Below are positions 11,111-20,868 of a stretch of 64,000 nt of DNA, piece by piece. The DNA is from Deltaproteobacteria bacterium (GTDB lineage Bacteria; Desulfobacterota; Syntrophia; Syntrophales; UBA2185), in the NCBI GenBank assembly GCA_026388545.1, contig JAPLJS010000046.1, forward strand, positions 23,396-87,395, written 5' to 3'. The notes below the pieces were generated by a model. That model was not told the DNA's origin, made no database searches, and saw only the letters and a list, made by a program, of their open reading frames with translations. The translations under genes were made by a program, and so were the position numbers. Position 1 is the first letter of the stretch, and the number at the start of each line of letters is the position of its first letter.

Positions 11111-11746
11111 TTAATCCTTCAATACTCTTGAAGCAAACGCAGGGTAGATTTTTTTTATGCAGTCAGGGCAAACACCGTGGGTGAATCGTACATCAGAATG
11201 GTTCGAAAAATACTGTTCCAACTGTTGCCAGTATCCTTCATCATCCCTGATCTTTTTGCATCCGGAACATATGGGGAGAAGGCCGGATAGTTGCTTGATC
11301 TCCGCCAAGGCGGCCTCTAGTCTCGATACCAGTTCCTTTTCACGGTCTCTCTTTTTCTTCAACTCCACATGGGTCCTGACCCTGACAAGTAATTCCGAAG
11401 AGTTGAAGGGTTTTGCCACGTAATCTACAGCCCCGGCTTCAAATCCATGCACGATATCTTCCGCTTCGGTCTTCGCCGTTAGAAAAATAACGGGAATCTC
11501 CATCGTATTTCTAGATCCCTTCAATATTCTGCAGACATCAAACCCGTCCATCTCAGGCATTACGACATCAAGAAGAATAAGGTCAAATATGATTTCCCCG
11601 ACCTTTTTGAGAGCGGTTCTTCCATCTTGGGCAAAGGCCATCCGGTAACCTTCATTTTGCATTATATTTGCGATTACTTGTATATCTTGGGGAACATCAT
11701 CGACTATCAATATACTGCAATTATTATCTTGCTTAACGTGCGTCAT
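11111..11746 (-). CDS. Response regulator: REC with C-terminal Cys/His (LPICSGCKKIR...HGVCPDC) domain
   Basis: ILIVDD, LLDVVMP, DYVAKPF, GLLPICSGCKKIRDDEGYW. Confidence 0.9.
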   Translation of the reverse strand: MTHVKQDNNCSILIVDDVPQDIQVIANIMQNEGYRMAFAQDGRTALKKVGEIIFDLILLDVVMPEMDGFDVCRILKGSRNTMEIPVIFLTAKTEAEDIVHGFEAGAVDYVAKPFNSSELLVRVRTHVELKKKRDREKELVSRLEAALAEIKQLSGLLPICSGCKKIRDDEGYWQQLEQYFSNHSDVRFTHGVCPDCIKKIYPAFASRVLKD

Positions 11747-11770
11747 TGCGTTTCTCCATATGAAAAAAAT

Positions 11771-14700
11771 CTACTTCAGTGACTTTATTTTATCAACAAG
11801 TTCCGGAAAAGAGTTTAGGAGAAGGTTAATATTTTCGATGTCGTAACTACTAACGTGCGCAATCAGGTCGTCTCCGAATTTCTCCAGGTGTTTTAGACCG
11901 TAGTTTTCTCCCTGTGCTTTTACATGCAGTCCGAATCTGCTGATTTCATCAAAAAATCCTCGCTGTTTTGCAATCTCCCATAATGGTATACTCTCCTCTT
12001 CAAGCCGTATGATCGCATCCTTAAGCGCTGCTGGATTATTGAACGCCCATTTAATGTCCCCAAGATCTTTAACAACTTGTTCAGTTATCTCTGTACCAGA
12101 ATATTCGAAACTTTTAACTGATTCTACCACTTGCGTCAAGAAGTGTTCGAAAGTCTCTAAAAGGTTGTCAAGCTTTCCCGGAATTTGTTGCTTAATTCCC
12201 TTTTCCAGTTCAGAGGCAGACCTCTGCAGATCCTTGGCTGATAAATTACCGGCCACCCCTCTTATGGTATGTGTCAATCGTACTGCTGTCTCTGTATCTT
12301 TACGATTCAGTGCGGCTTTAATCTCATCTGTCATACCGGCATAATCACGGGAAAACATTTTTAATAGCTTGGCGAACAGTTTCCTGTTTCCACTTAGTCT
12401 TTCCAGCCCGGATACAATATCGATACCGGGTAGAGTATCGGGAAGACCCGGGTCATTTGCCTGAATATTTACTTCATCACATACTGCTGCAGGCTCATCA
12501 CACCAAACGTGTAACCGGGGTCTCACCCATCGGTTGAGGACTGAGAACAACGCCCCTTTGTTTATCGGCTTTACAACATAATCATTCATTCCCGCCGCCA
12601 GACATTCCTCGCTTGCTCCCTGCATGGCATGGGCTGTCATCGCGATGATCGGTAGCTTCGTGTAGCGGGGATCATCGCGGATCACACGGGTTGCTTCATA
12701 TCCGCTCATTACAGGCATCTGAACGTCCATGATCACTGCGTCATAGTCACATGCACGAATCGTTTCCACTGCTTCTCTGCCGTTATTCGTCACATCAACC
12801 ACCAAACCGGCGCTCTCCAGAATCTCTTTTGCCACCTGTTGATTGATAATGTTGTCCTCAACCAAGAGTACCCGTGCACCGATGATGCTCGTAATCAACT
12901 CAGGTTGGGTGACATCTTTTTTTTTCTTCTTCTGCTCGTCATCCGACCGCCGGGTAAAGTCCGCCGTAAAATAAAAGGTGCTCCCTCTACCAGGGGTGCT
13001 TTCAACCCAGACCTCACCACCCATCACCTCAACAAGTCGTTTGCAGATGCTGAGCCCTAAACCGGTACCGCCATATTTCCTGGTTACGGAACCATCCAAC
13101 TGGGTAAAGGTATCGAAGATTTTCTTCAATGAATCTTGGGGTATCCCGATACCGGTATCCCTGACGGCAAACCGGAGCCGGACAGTTTGAGCTTCCATCT
13201 TTTCCAGACAAACCATAATCGTAACATCCCCTGTGTCGGTAAACTTGATCGCATTGTTGATCAAATTGATTAGTATCTGCTCAAGTCGTAAGGGATCTCC
13301 GACCAGGATTGAAGGTACATCCCCGGTATTCGAAAAGTTCAATTTTATTCCCTTCTCAGCGGCCCTGTCGGAAAACATACTGTAGAGATGATCCATAATA
13401 CTTTCCAGTTCGAATTCCTTATGATCAAAATCCAACTTGCCCGCCTCGATTTTGGAAAAATCGAGTATGTCACTGATGATACCCAGGAGGTTCTGGGAGG
13501 AAACGTATATCTTATGTAAATAATCATGCTGCTTGTCCGATAATTCTGTCTCCAATGCGAGATTGGTTAATCCGGTGATGGCATTTAAAGGGGTTCTGAT
13601 TTCGTGGCTCACGTTGGCCAGAAAGGTGCTCTTGGCACGGTTTGCGGCTTCGGCAACGCGGTAAGCTTCTTCGGCGGCGTCTTTTGCCTGAAGAAGCTCT
13701 ATCTGCGCCTTTTCGCGATCTGCGATTTCTTGTTTCAGAAGAATATTGGTTTTTGATAGCTCGGCGGTCCTTTTTTGGACGCGCATTTCCAATTCATCAT
13801 AAAGCATGGCATTGGTAAGCGAAATCGCTATCTGACCGGAAAGAAGGTGCAATATTTCTAACCGCTCCGGGGTAAAGGCGTTTGTGGTCAGGTTGTTTTC
13901 CAGGTAAAGAATACCACTCAACTGGCCCTGATGAAGCAACGGCATACAGATAATGGATTTTGGTTTTCGAGCCAAAATATCGGGGTCAAGCGTGAAGGTG
14001 CCGTTGTGGGAGGCATCTGCCAAGACCACGGTTTCTCTGGTTCGGGACACATAATTGATAATGGAGACGGGGACTTCTTCATTGATCGACCATCGTCCAT
14101 TTTTTTCCAATACAAGAAAGGCTCGTTGCGCACCTGCGTTCTCGATGAGGATCGACATCAACTTGTCTACCAGCCGATTCAGCACGATCTCGCCGGAAAT
14201 GGCTTGCGAGGCTTTGATCACACTGTTAAGATCAAAGGCGCTGGCGATTTGTTGCTGGGTAGTGAATGTGATTGCAGGTTTTGAGGTGACATTGTCGCGG
14301 CCCGCCGTTGCCTGGGCTAACACCTCGGAATAGCGCGCTTCCAAATCCTGCACCTTGGCCAAAGCCCCCCAGCGCAAATAGGCGTAGCGGGCATCATGCA
14401 AGTAACCTTGAGCGATCTTTGTTTGACTTCGCGCAAGATAGAATTTACCCGCGAGTTCATAAGCCAGGGCTTCATCATTGAGAAATTCGTTTTCGTGCGC
14501 CAGAGCAATGGCTTTATCGTAATACCCTCCGGCTTCCTCGTGGCGGCCTAAAATGCGGGCACACTCTGCCGCTACCAGAGTGAACTTGTGCATATTATTC
14601 ATCGGGGCATGATGCGCCCACTTGGAAAGCTTCTTCTGGTTAAGGCTGACCTTTTTCAGGATGCGTTTTTGTTCAGCCCTTGAAGAGGAACCATAGACCG

Positions 14701-17700
14701 CTATCCGGGCAAGTGAATCGTAAAGACATAAGTAGGGTTCATTTACTGATGCCAACGCTCCTCCTATATGTCTTTCGGCTGCGTTTGCATCTTCAATGGC
14801 TTGAGGGAACTGTTCAAACTGATAATTGCCGAGAAGATTACAGAAATGTGTATACAAAGCAAATACTTGGTCATTCACTTGCTCCTGCGGCAGAATACAC
14901 TTTTCGTCAACACTTTTGAAAATTATCCGGTGTGAGGTTTCACTTCTCCCCAGTAATTTCAAGACAAGCCGGTGAAAAGGTTCAAAGAAGCGTAAAGGCG
15001 ACTCTTGTTTGAGCTGACGTACGGCATTACTGAATACGGTCATGTCACGCTCGACTTCCTCCAGTTGCCTGCCGACGAAGAATGAGCGGACACAGTAGGA
15101 GTGGATGCAACGAGACGCAAACTCTACGTCTCCGGTTTCCAGGCCGCTTTGATATCCCTCACGCAAAGGGGTTAATGTTTCCCAAATAGATTCCTTCCAA
15201 TGTCTTATGAAGGCATTAAATGCAAAAAGAGTCCTGGTTTTGAGTCTTGTGGCGTTGATCTGTTCCAGCATACGTGAGGCGAGCCTTCCGAAACGATAAC
15301 CGCCGTCAATATCTCCTGTTACTCCGCAGAGTATCGTGCCGTACGCAACATAGGCAAATGCAGACTCGGCAGCAGTGCCGTATCTTATAAATAAAGTGAT
15401 CCCTTTAAACGCTATCAATGGCATCAGGTTGGGAGCGGCAATATAAGTTGCAGATCCGATTTTTGCCAGGATGCGCATTGCGGCCAGCTTATGGGGGTCG
15501 GTCATAGCAGGAAGGTAAATCAAATCATCAATATGCTTTCCCGCCAAAGCCATCTTAGTCCTCAGCAATCCGAATAAGATATGTAGTTTATTGGGCCTTT
15601 GTGGAATCTTTACCCCCAATAGTTTAAGTATATAGAGCGCAATTTGCACAGCTTCCATCTGTTTGTTTTGAGCTATACAGGCCTGAATCTTGACCTCATA
15701 CACTTTCACTTCGTCTATCAATGTCTTGGCATTTTTTAGCACAGCCTCTGCCAAGCTCTCCATGGCCTCAAAGTTTCCGCTGAGATAGGCCGCTTCAGCT
15801 GCCTCGACGTACAGCGTCAAGGACAAATCATACTGTGTTTCCCATCCATCCCTTCTCAAAAGTTCAATGCCTGACTGCAAGTAGGAGAATGCCGGATCAT
15901 AAGCCGCAGAGGATTTTGCCTTCTGCCCAGCCAGCAGATTCAATTCAGCCCATTCCTCGCGAATGGTCTGATCTTGAATCAGTTCCCGTCCCTGGTTCAA
16001 TTGATTGACAATATCAAAGATCCGTGCATCGCGCTCAGAGGGTGATGCATTCCGCAGCAGAAGCTGGCCCACCTGCATGTGGATGGCCTGTACTTCTTCC
16101 CTGGAAATGAGCGAATAGAGTGCCTGATGTACCCGGTCATGCGCAAACTTATATTCGACGATAACTTCATCCGCCAACCCCTCCATCTCCAGTGATACAA
16201 ACTTATAGGTCTTGCTCAGCGGTAAGACCATCCCGGCAGTTAATGCCGGCCATAAATCAGCCGCTGTCTCACTTGGCGACTTTTTATACACATCCGCCAA
16301 TATCTTCAGGTCAAATTCATTGCCGATACAGGCCGCTAGTTTTAATGCCTGCTGTGTCTCCGAATGCAACTGCTGCACCTTGCCCGCAATCAAGTCGACT
16401 ACGTTATCCGTGATGCCCTGTGCCTGGATTTGTGCCAATTCCCACTGCCAGCTGCCGTGTTGAAAGTCAAACACAATGAGACCTTCATCATAAAGGTTTT
16501 TCAAGAACTCAAGCAGAAAGAAGGGGTTACCGCCGGTTCTCGCCAGCACCAATTCTGCCAATGGCGTGGCTTGGTCGATAGGGCAGTGTAGGGTATCGGT
16601 TATCATCCTGGTGACATTCAGTAAATCCAATGGTGCGAGGGTAATGGCATTTACCGTCAATCCGGATTTTTTAATCTCTTCCACCGTCTGCATGAGGGGA
16701 TGGGTCGGGCTTACATCATTATCACGGTACGATCCGACGAAGAACAGACATTTGCTTTCAGGAGTCATCAGGAGAAGCTCTATTAACTTCAATGACGCCA
16801 CATCGGCCCATTGCAGATCGTCGAGGAATATCACGAGGGGATGTGCAGGTTTTGTGAATACCCGGATAAAGTTTTGAAATACAAGACCAAAGCGGTTTTG
16901 CGCTTCTATCGGGGCCAGCGCAGGCACGGCAGGCTGTGGACCGATGATCAGCTCCACTTCAGGAATTACCTCAAGTATTACTCCTCCGTTTGGTCCCAGC
17001 GCCACCTGGAGCTTCTCGCGCCAATCCGTGATAGCCATTTCGCTTTCAGTTAAAAGCTGCCGGATAAGCGAACGAAACACCTGAATCAATGCTGAGTATG
17101 GGATGCTGAAATGTAACTGGTCAAACTTGCCGGAGATGAAGTAGCCGCGCCGGAGCGTCACCGGCTTGTAAATTTCCTGCACCAAGGCCGTCTTGCCAAT
17201 GCCGGCATAGCCCGAAATCAGCATCATTTCGGCAGGCCCTGCACTGATTCGCTCGAAAGCGGTAAGCAATGCCTCAATCTCTCGCTCTCGCCCGTACAAC
17301 TTCTGGGAAATCTGAAAGCGGTCAGAGACATCACGTTGTCCAAGCGGGAATGGCTCAATCTTCCCGGCGGTCTGCCACTGTTGAAGACATTTTTCCAGGT
17401 CGGCAAGAAGGCCGTGTGCAGATTGGTAGCGATCTTCGGCATCTTTAGCAAGAAGTTTTAAAACAAGATCAGAGACTGCCATGGGGATATCCGGCTTGAG
17501 TTCATGAGGGGCGGCAGGTTGCTTGGCGATGTGGCAGTGCACTAATTCCAATACATCGCCGGTCGGGAAAGGTATCTGTCCCGTCATCAATTCATAAAAT
17601 GTTGCTCCCAGCGAGTAAAAGTCCGTGCGATAGTCAACCGCCCTGTTCATACGCCCCGTCTGCTCCGGAGAGAGATACGCCAATGTGCCCTCCAACATGT

Positions 17701-18232
17701 GCGGGTTGCTGAAAGTTGGATTTTCCCTTGAGAGGGAGGTTGAAATGCCAAAGTCGATGATTTTGACCTGGCCGTTATTCTTGTTGAAAATGATATTAGA
17801 GGGGTTTATATTTTTATGAATGATTTGCCTCTGGTGGATCTGGGCGAGGGACTTGGTCACCTGGATGGCAAGGGGTAAGAATGTGGCCAGCCCGTTAGCC
17901 GGCAGAGTTGTCTCTCCGTTATTCATCCAACGATCCAACGAAATACCGCCGAAATCTTCCGAGACTATTACAAAGCTAAGATGATGTTTCTCTATACTGT
18001 AAGTAGCTACAACCCCGTCTACTGGATCTTTGGCGCAGGGCCCGGAATTCAAGCCGTGAGCGATTTCGTACTCCCGTTTGAATTGAGCGATTCGTTCCGG
18101 CAAAGGATACTCTTCTCTCAAGGTTTTAAGGATAACAGAAAGATTATCGGCCATCCGATAGGCACGAAAGACAAGAGAATTGTTGCTTTCATAAAGCGTT
18201 TCGCGAATTTTATAGCCTGAGATTGTGAGCAT
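11771..18232 (-). CDS. Multidomain sensor: Ser/Thr kinase-like, AAA ATPase, helical repeats, GAF, histidine kinase, REC and Hpt (HstK-like)
   Basis: IIDFGIS and SPEQTGR kinase motifs; GYAGIGKT and IFLDDLQW; VSHEIRTPLN H-box; DTGIGI and GGTGLGL; IMDVQMP; HTIRGVAGN. Confidence 0.93.
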   Translation of the reverse strand: MLTISGYKIRETLYESNNSLVFRAYRMADNLSVILKTLREEYPLPERIAQFKREYEIAHGLNSGPCAKDPVDGVVATYSIEKHHLSFVIVSEDFGGISLDRWMNNGETTLPANGLATFLPLAIQVTKSLAQIHQRQIIHKNINPSNIIFNKNNGQVKIIDFGISTSLSRENPTFSNPHMLEGTLAYLSPEQTGRMNRAVDYRTDFYSLGATFYELMTGQIPFPTGDVLELVHCHIAKQPAAPHELKPDIPMAVSDLVLKLLAKDAEDRYQSAHGLLADLEKCLQQWQTAGKIEPFPLGQRDVSDRFQISQKLYGREREIEALLTAFERISAGPAEMMLISGYAGIGKTALVQEIYKPVTLRRGYFISGKFDQLHFSIPYSALIQVFRSLIRQLLTESEMAITDWREKLQVALGPNGGVILEVIPEVELIIGPQPAVPALAPIEAQNRFGLVFQNFIRVFTKPAHPLVIFLDDLQWADVASLKLIELLLMTPESKCLFFVGSYRDNDVSPTHPLMQTVEEIKKSGLTVNAITLAPLDLLNVTRMITDTLHCPIDQATPLAELVLARTGGNPFFLLEFLKNLYDEGLIVFDFQHGSWQWELAQIQAQGITDNVVDLIAGKVQQLHSETQQALKLAACIGNEFDLKILADVYKKSPSETAADLWPALTAGMVLPLSKTYKFVSLEMEGLADEVIVEYKFAHDRVHQALYSLISREEVQAIHMQVGQLLLRNASPSERDARIFDIVNQLNQGRELIQDQTIREEWAELNLLAGQKAKSSAAYDPAFSYLQSGIELLRRDGWETQYDLSLTLYVEAAEAAYLSGNFEAMESLAEAVLKNAKTLIDEVKVYEVKIQACIAQNKQMEAVQIALYILKLLGVKIPQRPNKLHILFGLLRTKMALAGKHIDDLIYLPAMTDPHKLAAMRILAKIGSATYIAAPNLMPLIAFKGITLFIRYGTAAESAFAYVAYGTILCGVTGDIDGGYRFGRLASRMLEQINATRLKTRTLFAFNAFIRHWKESIWETLTPLREGYQSGLETGDVEFASRCIHSYCVRSFFVGRQLEEVERDMTVFSNAVRQLKQESPLRFFEPFHRLVLKLLGRSETSHRIIFKSVDEKCILPQEQVNDQVFALYTHFCNLLGNYQFEQFPQAIEDANAAERHIGGALASVNEPYLCLYDSLARIAVYGSSSRAEQKRILKKVSLNQKKLSKWAHHAPMNNMHKFTLVAAECARILGRHEEAGGYYDKAIALAHENEFLNDEALAYELAGKFYLARSQTKIAQGYLHDARYAYLRWGALAKVQDLEARYSEVLAQATAGRDNVTSKPAITFTTQQQIASAFDLNSVIKASQAISGEIVLNRLVDKLMSILIENAGAQRAFLVLEKNGRWSINEEVPVSIINYVSRTRETVVLADASHNGTFTLDPDILARKPKSIICMPLLHQGQLSGILYLENNLTTNAFTPERLEILHLLSGQIAISLTNAMLYDELEMRVQKRTAELSKTNILLKQEIADREKAQIELLQAKDAAEEAYRVAEAANRAKSTFLANVSHEIRTPLNAITGLTNLALETELSDKQHDYLHKIYVSSQNLLGIISDILDFSKIEAGKLDFDHKEFELESIMDHLYSMFSDRAAEKGIKLNFSNTGDVPSILVGDPLRLEQILINLINNAIKFTDTGDVTIMVCLEKMEAQTVRLRFAVRDTGIGIPQDSLKKIFDTFTQLDGSVTRKYGGTGLGLSICKRLVEVMGGEVWVESTPGRGSTFYFTADFTRRSDDEQKKKKKDVTQPELITSIIGARVLLVEDNIINQQVAKEILESAGLVVDVTNNGREAVETIRACDYDAVIMDVQMPVMSGYEATRVIRDDPRYTKLPIIAMTAHAMQGASEECLAAGMNDYVVKPINKGALFSVLNRWVRPRLHVWCDEPAAVCDEVNIQANDPGLPDTLPGIDIVSGLERLSGNRKLFAKLLKMFSRDYAGMTDEIKAALNRKDTETAVRLTHTIRGVAGNLSAKDLQRSASELEKGIKQQIPGKLDNLLETFEHFLTQVVESVKSFEYSGTEITEQVVKDLGDIKWAFNNPAALKDAIIRLEEESIPLWEIAKQRGFFDEISRFGLHVKAQGENYGLKHLEKFGDDLIAHVSSYDIENINLLLNSFPELVDKIKSLK

Positions 18233-18374
18233 AGGAGTTAGTGTAAGATAATAAAATTTTCATGGTATCTATCATAATTCATTTAAAAATACCATCTTTC
18301 GTATATCAGGTGAAAATTGTCGATTGAGGAGTTTGTTGCAGTGATGAAGATATGAGAACGATTTACATAAATCA

Positions 18375-18432
18375 TGCGGTAATGAGGGATGCGGTGTAAC
18401 TTAGGCTTTCGGACTTTTTATAAAGTCGTCAA
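18375..18432 (-). repeat. Degenerate partial copy of the 42699 MITE family
   Basis: Reverse complement TGACGACTTTATAAAAAGTCCG...GTTACACCGCATCCCTC resembles the left end at 42699. Confidence 0.55.
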
Positions 18433-18495
18433 ATAATGCTTGTCTTTTTATGCTGTATCTATATAATTCGTGCACACTAAGGGGAGGGGTAAATC

Positions 18496-18981
18496 GTGAA
18501 AGTAGGCGTCATATCAGATACTCATCTTACCGGCTATGACGAGAGACTCAGGCGTCTTTTCGATGATTATTTTTATGATGTTGACCTGATTCTGCATGCA
18601 GGAGATTTGGTTGATATAAAAGTACTTGATGCATTTGCGGGAATAGATGTAAAAGCGGTATGTGGCAATATGGATCAACCTTCCGTCAGACAGTTCCTCC
18701 CTGATCGGCTGATTCTCAACCTGAACAATTTTAAGGTTGGGCTCATTCATGGATGGGGAATGCCTTTCGGTATTGAAAATAAGCTCGTGAAAGAAATAGG
18801 GCATGTGGATTGTCTGGTTTACGGTCACACGCATCGGCCGGTAAATGTAGTTAGGGAGGGGATACTCTTTTTCAATCCCGGATCAGCAATGGATAAAAGA
18901 TTTGCATCTCGGAATACTGTCGGCATCCTTGAGATTGGGGAAAAGATTAAAGGGGAAATTATGGAACTTAATGATTTATAA
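18496..18981 (+). CDS. YfcE-family metallophosphoesterase
   Basis: ISDTH, HAGD, GNMD, GHTH, NPGS. Confidence 0.92.
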   Translation: MKVGVISDTHLTGYDERLRRLFDDYFYDVDLILHAGDLVDIKVLDAFAGIDVKAVCGNMDQPSVRQFLPDRLILNLNNFKVGLIHGWGMPFGIENKLVKEIGHVDCLVYGHTHRPVNVVREGILFFNPGSAMDKRFASRNTVGILEIGEKIKGEIMELNDL

Positions 18982-18992
18982 GGTTTCTTTCA

Positions 18993-19478
18993 ATGGAAAA
19001 AATATACGCACCCTGGAGAATGGCATACATCAAGAGTGAAAAACCGGCAGGTTGTATTTTTTGCAAGGATTCGATCAGGAGCGATAACCTCGTTCTTTTT
19101 GAAGGGAATACTGCTTTTGTAATGATGAATCGTTACCCCTATATAAGCGGTCATCTCATGATCATTCCTTTCAGGCACATAAGTCAGATGGAAGATCTTC
19201 TCACTGAGGAAAAACTGGAAATATTTAACCTGCAGGATATCTCTGTCAGAGTTTTAAAAAAAGCTATGAACCCCGATGGTTTTAATATAGGAATGAACCT
19301 TGGGAAAGCAGCTGGTGCCGGAGTAGACGATCATATCCATGTACATATCGTGCCAAGGTGGAGCGGGGATACCAATTTCATGAGCGTTGTTGGGGACGTA
19401 CGTGTCATTCCCGAAGATATTTATACGACGTGTGAGCTACTTCTGCCGCATTTTAAAGAATATCGTCCGGAGGTCTAA
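18993..19478 (+). CDS. HIT-family protein (Ap4A phosphorylase/hydrolase-like)
   Basis: APWR, CIFC, HIHVHIVPRW histidine triad. Confidence 0.92.
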   Translation: MEKIYAPWRMAYIKSEKPAGCIFCKDSIRSDNLVLFEGNTAFVMMNRYPYISGHLMIIPFRHISQMEDLLTEEKLEIFNLQDISVRVLKKAMNPDGFNIGMNLGKAAGAGVDDHIHVHIVPRWSGDTNFMSVVGDVRVIPEDIYTTCELLLPHFKEYRPEV

Positions 19479-19479
19479 G

Positions 19480-19794
19480 ATGAAGGTTATCTATACGGTT
19501 ATTATTGTTTTGGTTATGCTTTTTGTTATCACGTTTTCGTTGGAAAATACGTTACTCATCAGGTTAAAATATTATGATCTTATGAATATATCGTTGCCAA
19601 CCTATATGCTTGTCTTTATTGCGTTTCTGATCGGCGTCATCTTTACGGGCTTTATGGGAATCGTGGAGAGATTCAGGCTGAACAGGACCATAAATAAGTT
19701 AAATAAAACAATTAGAGAACTCAGAAGAGAAGTCAGAGATAGTAAAAAAGAACCTTTAATTGAGGATGAATATAAAACTCCCGGCGATCAATAA
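19480..19794 (+). CDS. LapA/DUF1049-family membrane protein
   Basis: Two hydrophobic helices then a coiled coil; ATG 1 nt after the HIT stop. Confidence 0.75.
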   Translation: MKVIYTVIIVLVMLFVITFSLENTLLIRLKYYDLMNISLPTYMLVFIAFLIGVIFTGFMGIVERFRLNRTINKLNKTIRELRREVRDSKKEPLIEDEYKTPGDQ

Positions 19795-19821
19795 TAAGCG
19801 CATAATAAATCGAATTGCTTT

Positions 19822-19898
19822 ATCTCCGAAAAAGTTGTCAGTTTTTTCAGGATTAGCTGACAGCTTTCAGCTGAATCCTCAAATCCTTTTTGCAACTA
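19822..19898 (+). repeat. ~77-bp dispersed repeat, copy 1
   Basis: ATCTCCGAAAAAGTT...CAGGATTAGCTG...AGCTTTCAGCTGAATCCT...TTGCAACTA shared with 56879-56955. Confidence 0.8.
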
Positions 19899-19939
19899 TA
19901 ATAGGAAAAGAACTATAGATTTGGATACAGTGCTTACAA

Positions 19940-20407
19940 GTGAAGTTTTTAACGGATGTTAATCTCGGAAAATTGGCCAAGTGGCTACGTATTTTAGGCT
20001 ATAATACCGTATATCATACGGGAAATGCGGATCGGAACTTTTTAAAAAAGGCGGCAACGGAGGGAAGAATTGTTCTGACAAGAAAAAAAGATATGGAAAG
20101 GAGGCAGTTTTCAGGCCGGCTTGTCATAATCCACAGTGATCATGTCGAGGAGCAAATAAGCGAGGTGATGGATAAGCTGTCTTTTTCCCCTGATCCTGAG
20201 CGGATATTTAGTATTTGTCTGAGATGTAATGAAGGTTTAGTAGAGGTTAATAGAGAAGAAGTTTTCTGCATGGTTCCAAACCATGTGTTTTTAAGTCATA
20301 CCGAATTTTTTATGTGCCCACTATGCAAGGGTGTCTTCTGGCCGGGCACACATAGAGACAATGTTCAGGGTTATCTCAGGACCCACATTCAGCGTCATCG
20401 CCTCTGA
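19940..20407 (+). CDS. Mut7-C RNase (PIN-like) domain protein
   Basis: FLTDVNLGKLAKWLRILG, CLRCN...CPLC...FWPGTH. Confidence 0.88.
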   Translation: MKFLTDVNLGKLAKWLRILGYNTVYHTGNADRNFLKKAATEGRIVLTRKKDMERRQFSGRLVIIHSDHVEEQISEVMDKLSFSPDPERIFSICLRCNEGLVEVNREEVFCMVPNHVFLSHTEFFMCPLCKGVFWPGTHRDNVQGYLRTHIQRHRL

Positions 20408-20867
20408 TTTTTTCAACTGCGTGTTTCAATGCAGGCAGGATGACCGCAAGATTCTCCCGGACAGCCTTTGGAGAGCCGGGGAGATTCACAATCAGTGAGT
20501 TACCCCGGATCCCTACAACAGCCCTTGATATCATTGCATGCGGCGTCTTTACAGCACTTGCCCGCCGCATTGCTTCTGCCATACCCGGCACTTCTTTATC
20601 AATTACTTCAAGAGTTGCATCCGGTGTTACGTCCCTCGGACTGACACCAGTACCACCGGTCGTTATAATAAGATCAATGCCCTTTATATCGGCATAGTCA
20701 ATAAGGGCTTCTATTATTTGATCTTTTTCGTCAGGGATTATTTTTGTTTCAACAATGTCGAGACCGATATCCCTTAACATCATCATTATTTCCGGACCGC
20801 TCTTGTCTTCCCTCTCTCCACGGAACCCTCTATCACTTATGGTTATGACACTTGCGTGAATTAACAA
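20376..20867 (-). CDS. mog: Molybdopterin adenylyltransferase (MogA/MoaB family)
   Basis: TISDR, TTGGTGVSPRDVTPDAT, NLPGSPKA. Confidence 0.9.
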   Translation of the reverse strand: MLIHASVITISDRGFRGEREDKSGPEIMMMLRDIGLDIVETKIIPDEKDQIIEALIDYADIKGIDLIITTGGTGVSPRDVTPDATLEVIDKEVPGMAEAMRRASAVKTPHAMISRAVVGIRGNSLIVNLPGSPKAVRENLAVILPALKHAVEKIRGDDAECGS

Positions 20868-20868
20868 T

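Noticed and set aside
20340..20390. Selenocysteine readthrough of mog (ends ECGS-TGA, a CxxU look-alike)
   Set aside because: Mog-family proteins normally end here, I see no SECIS-like hairpin, and the downstream sequence is the antisense of the Mut7-C gene
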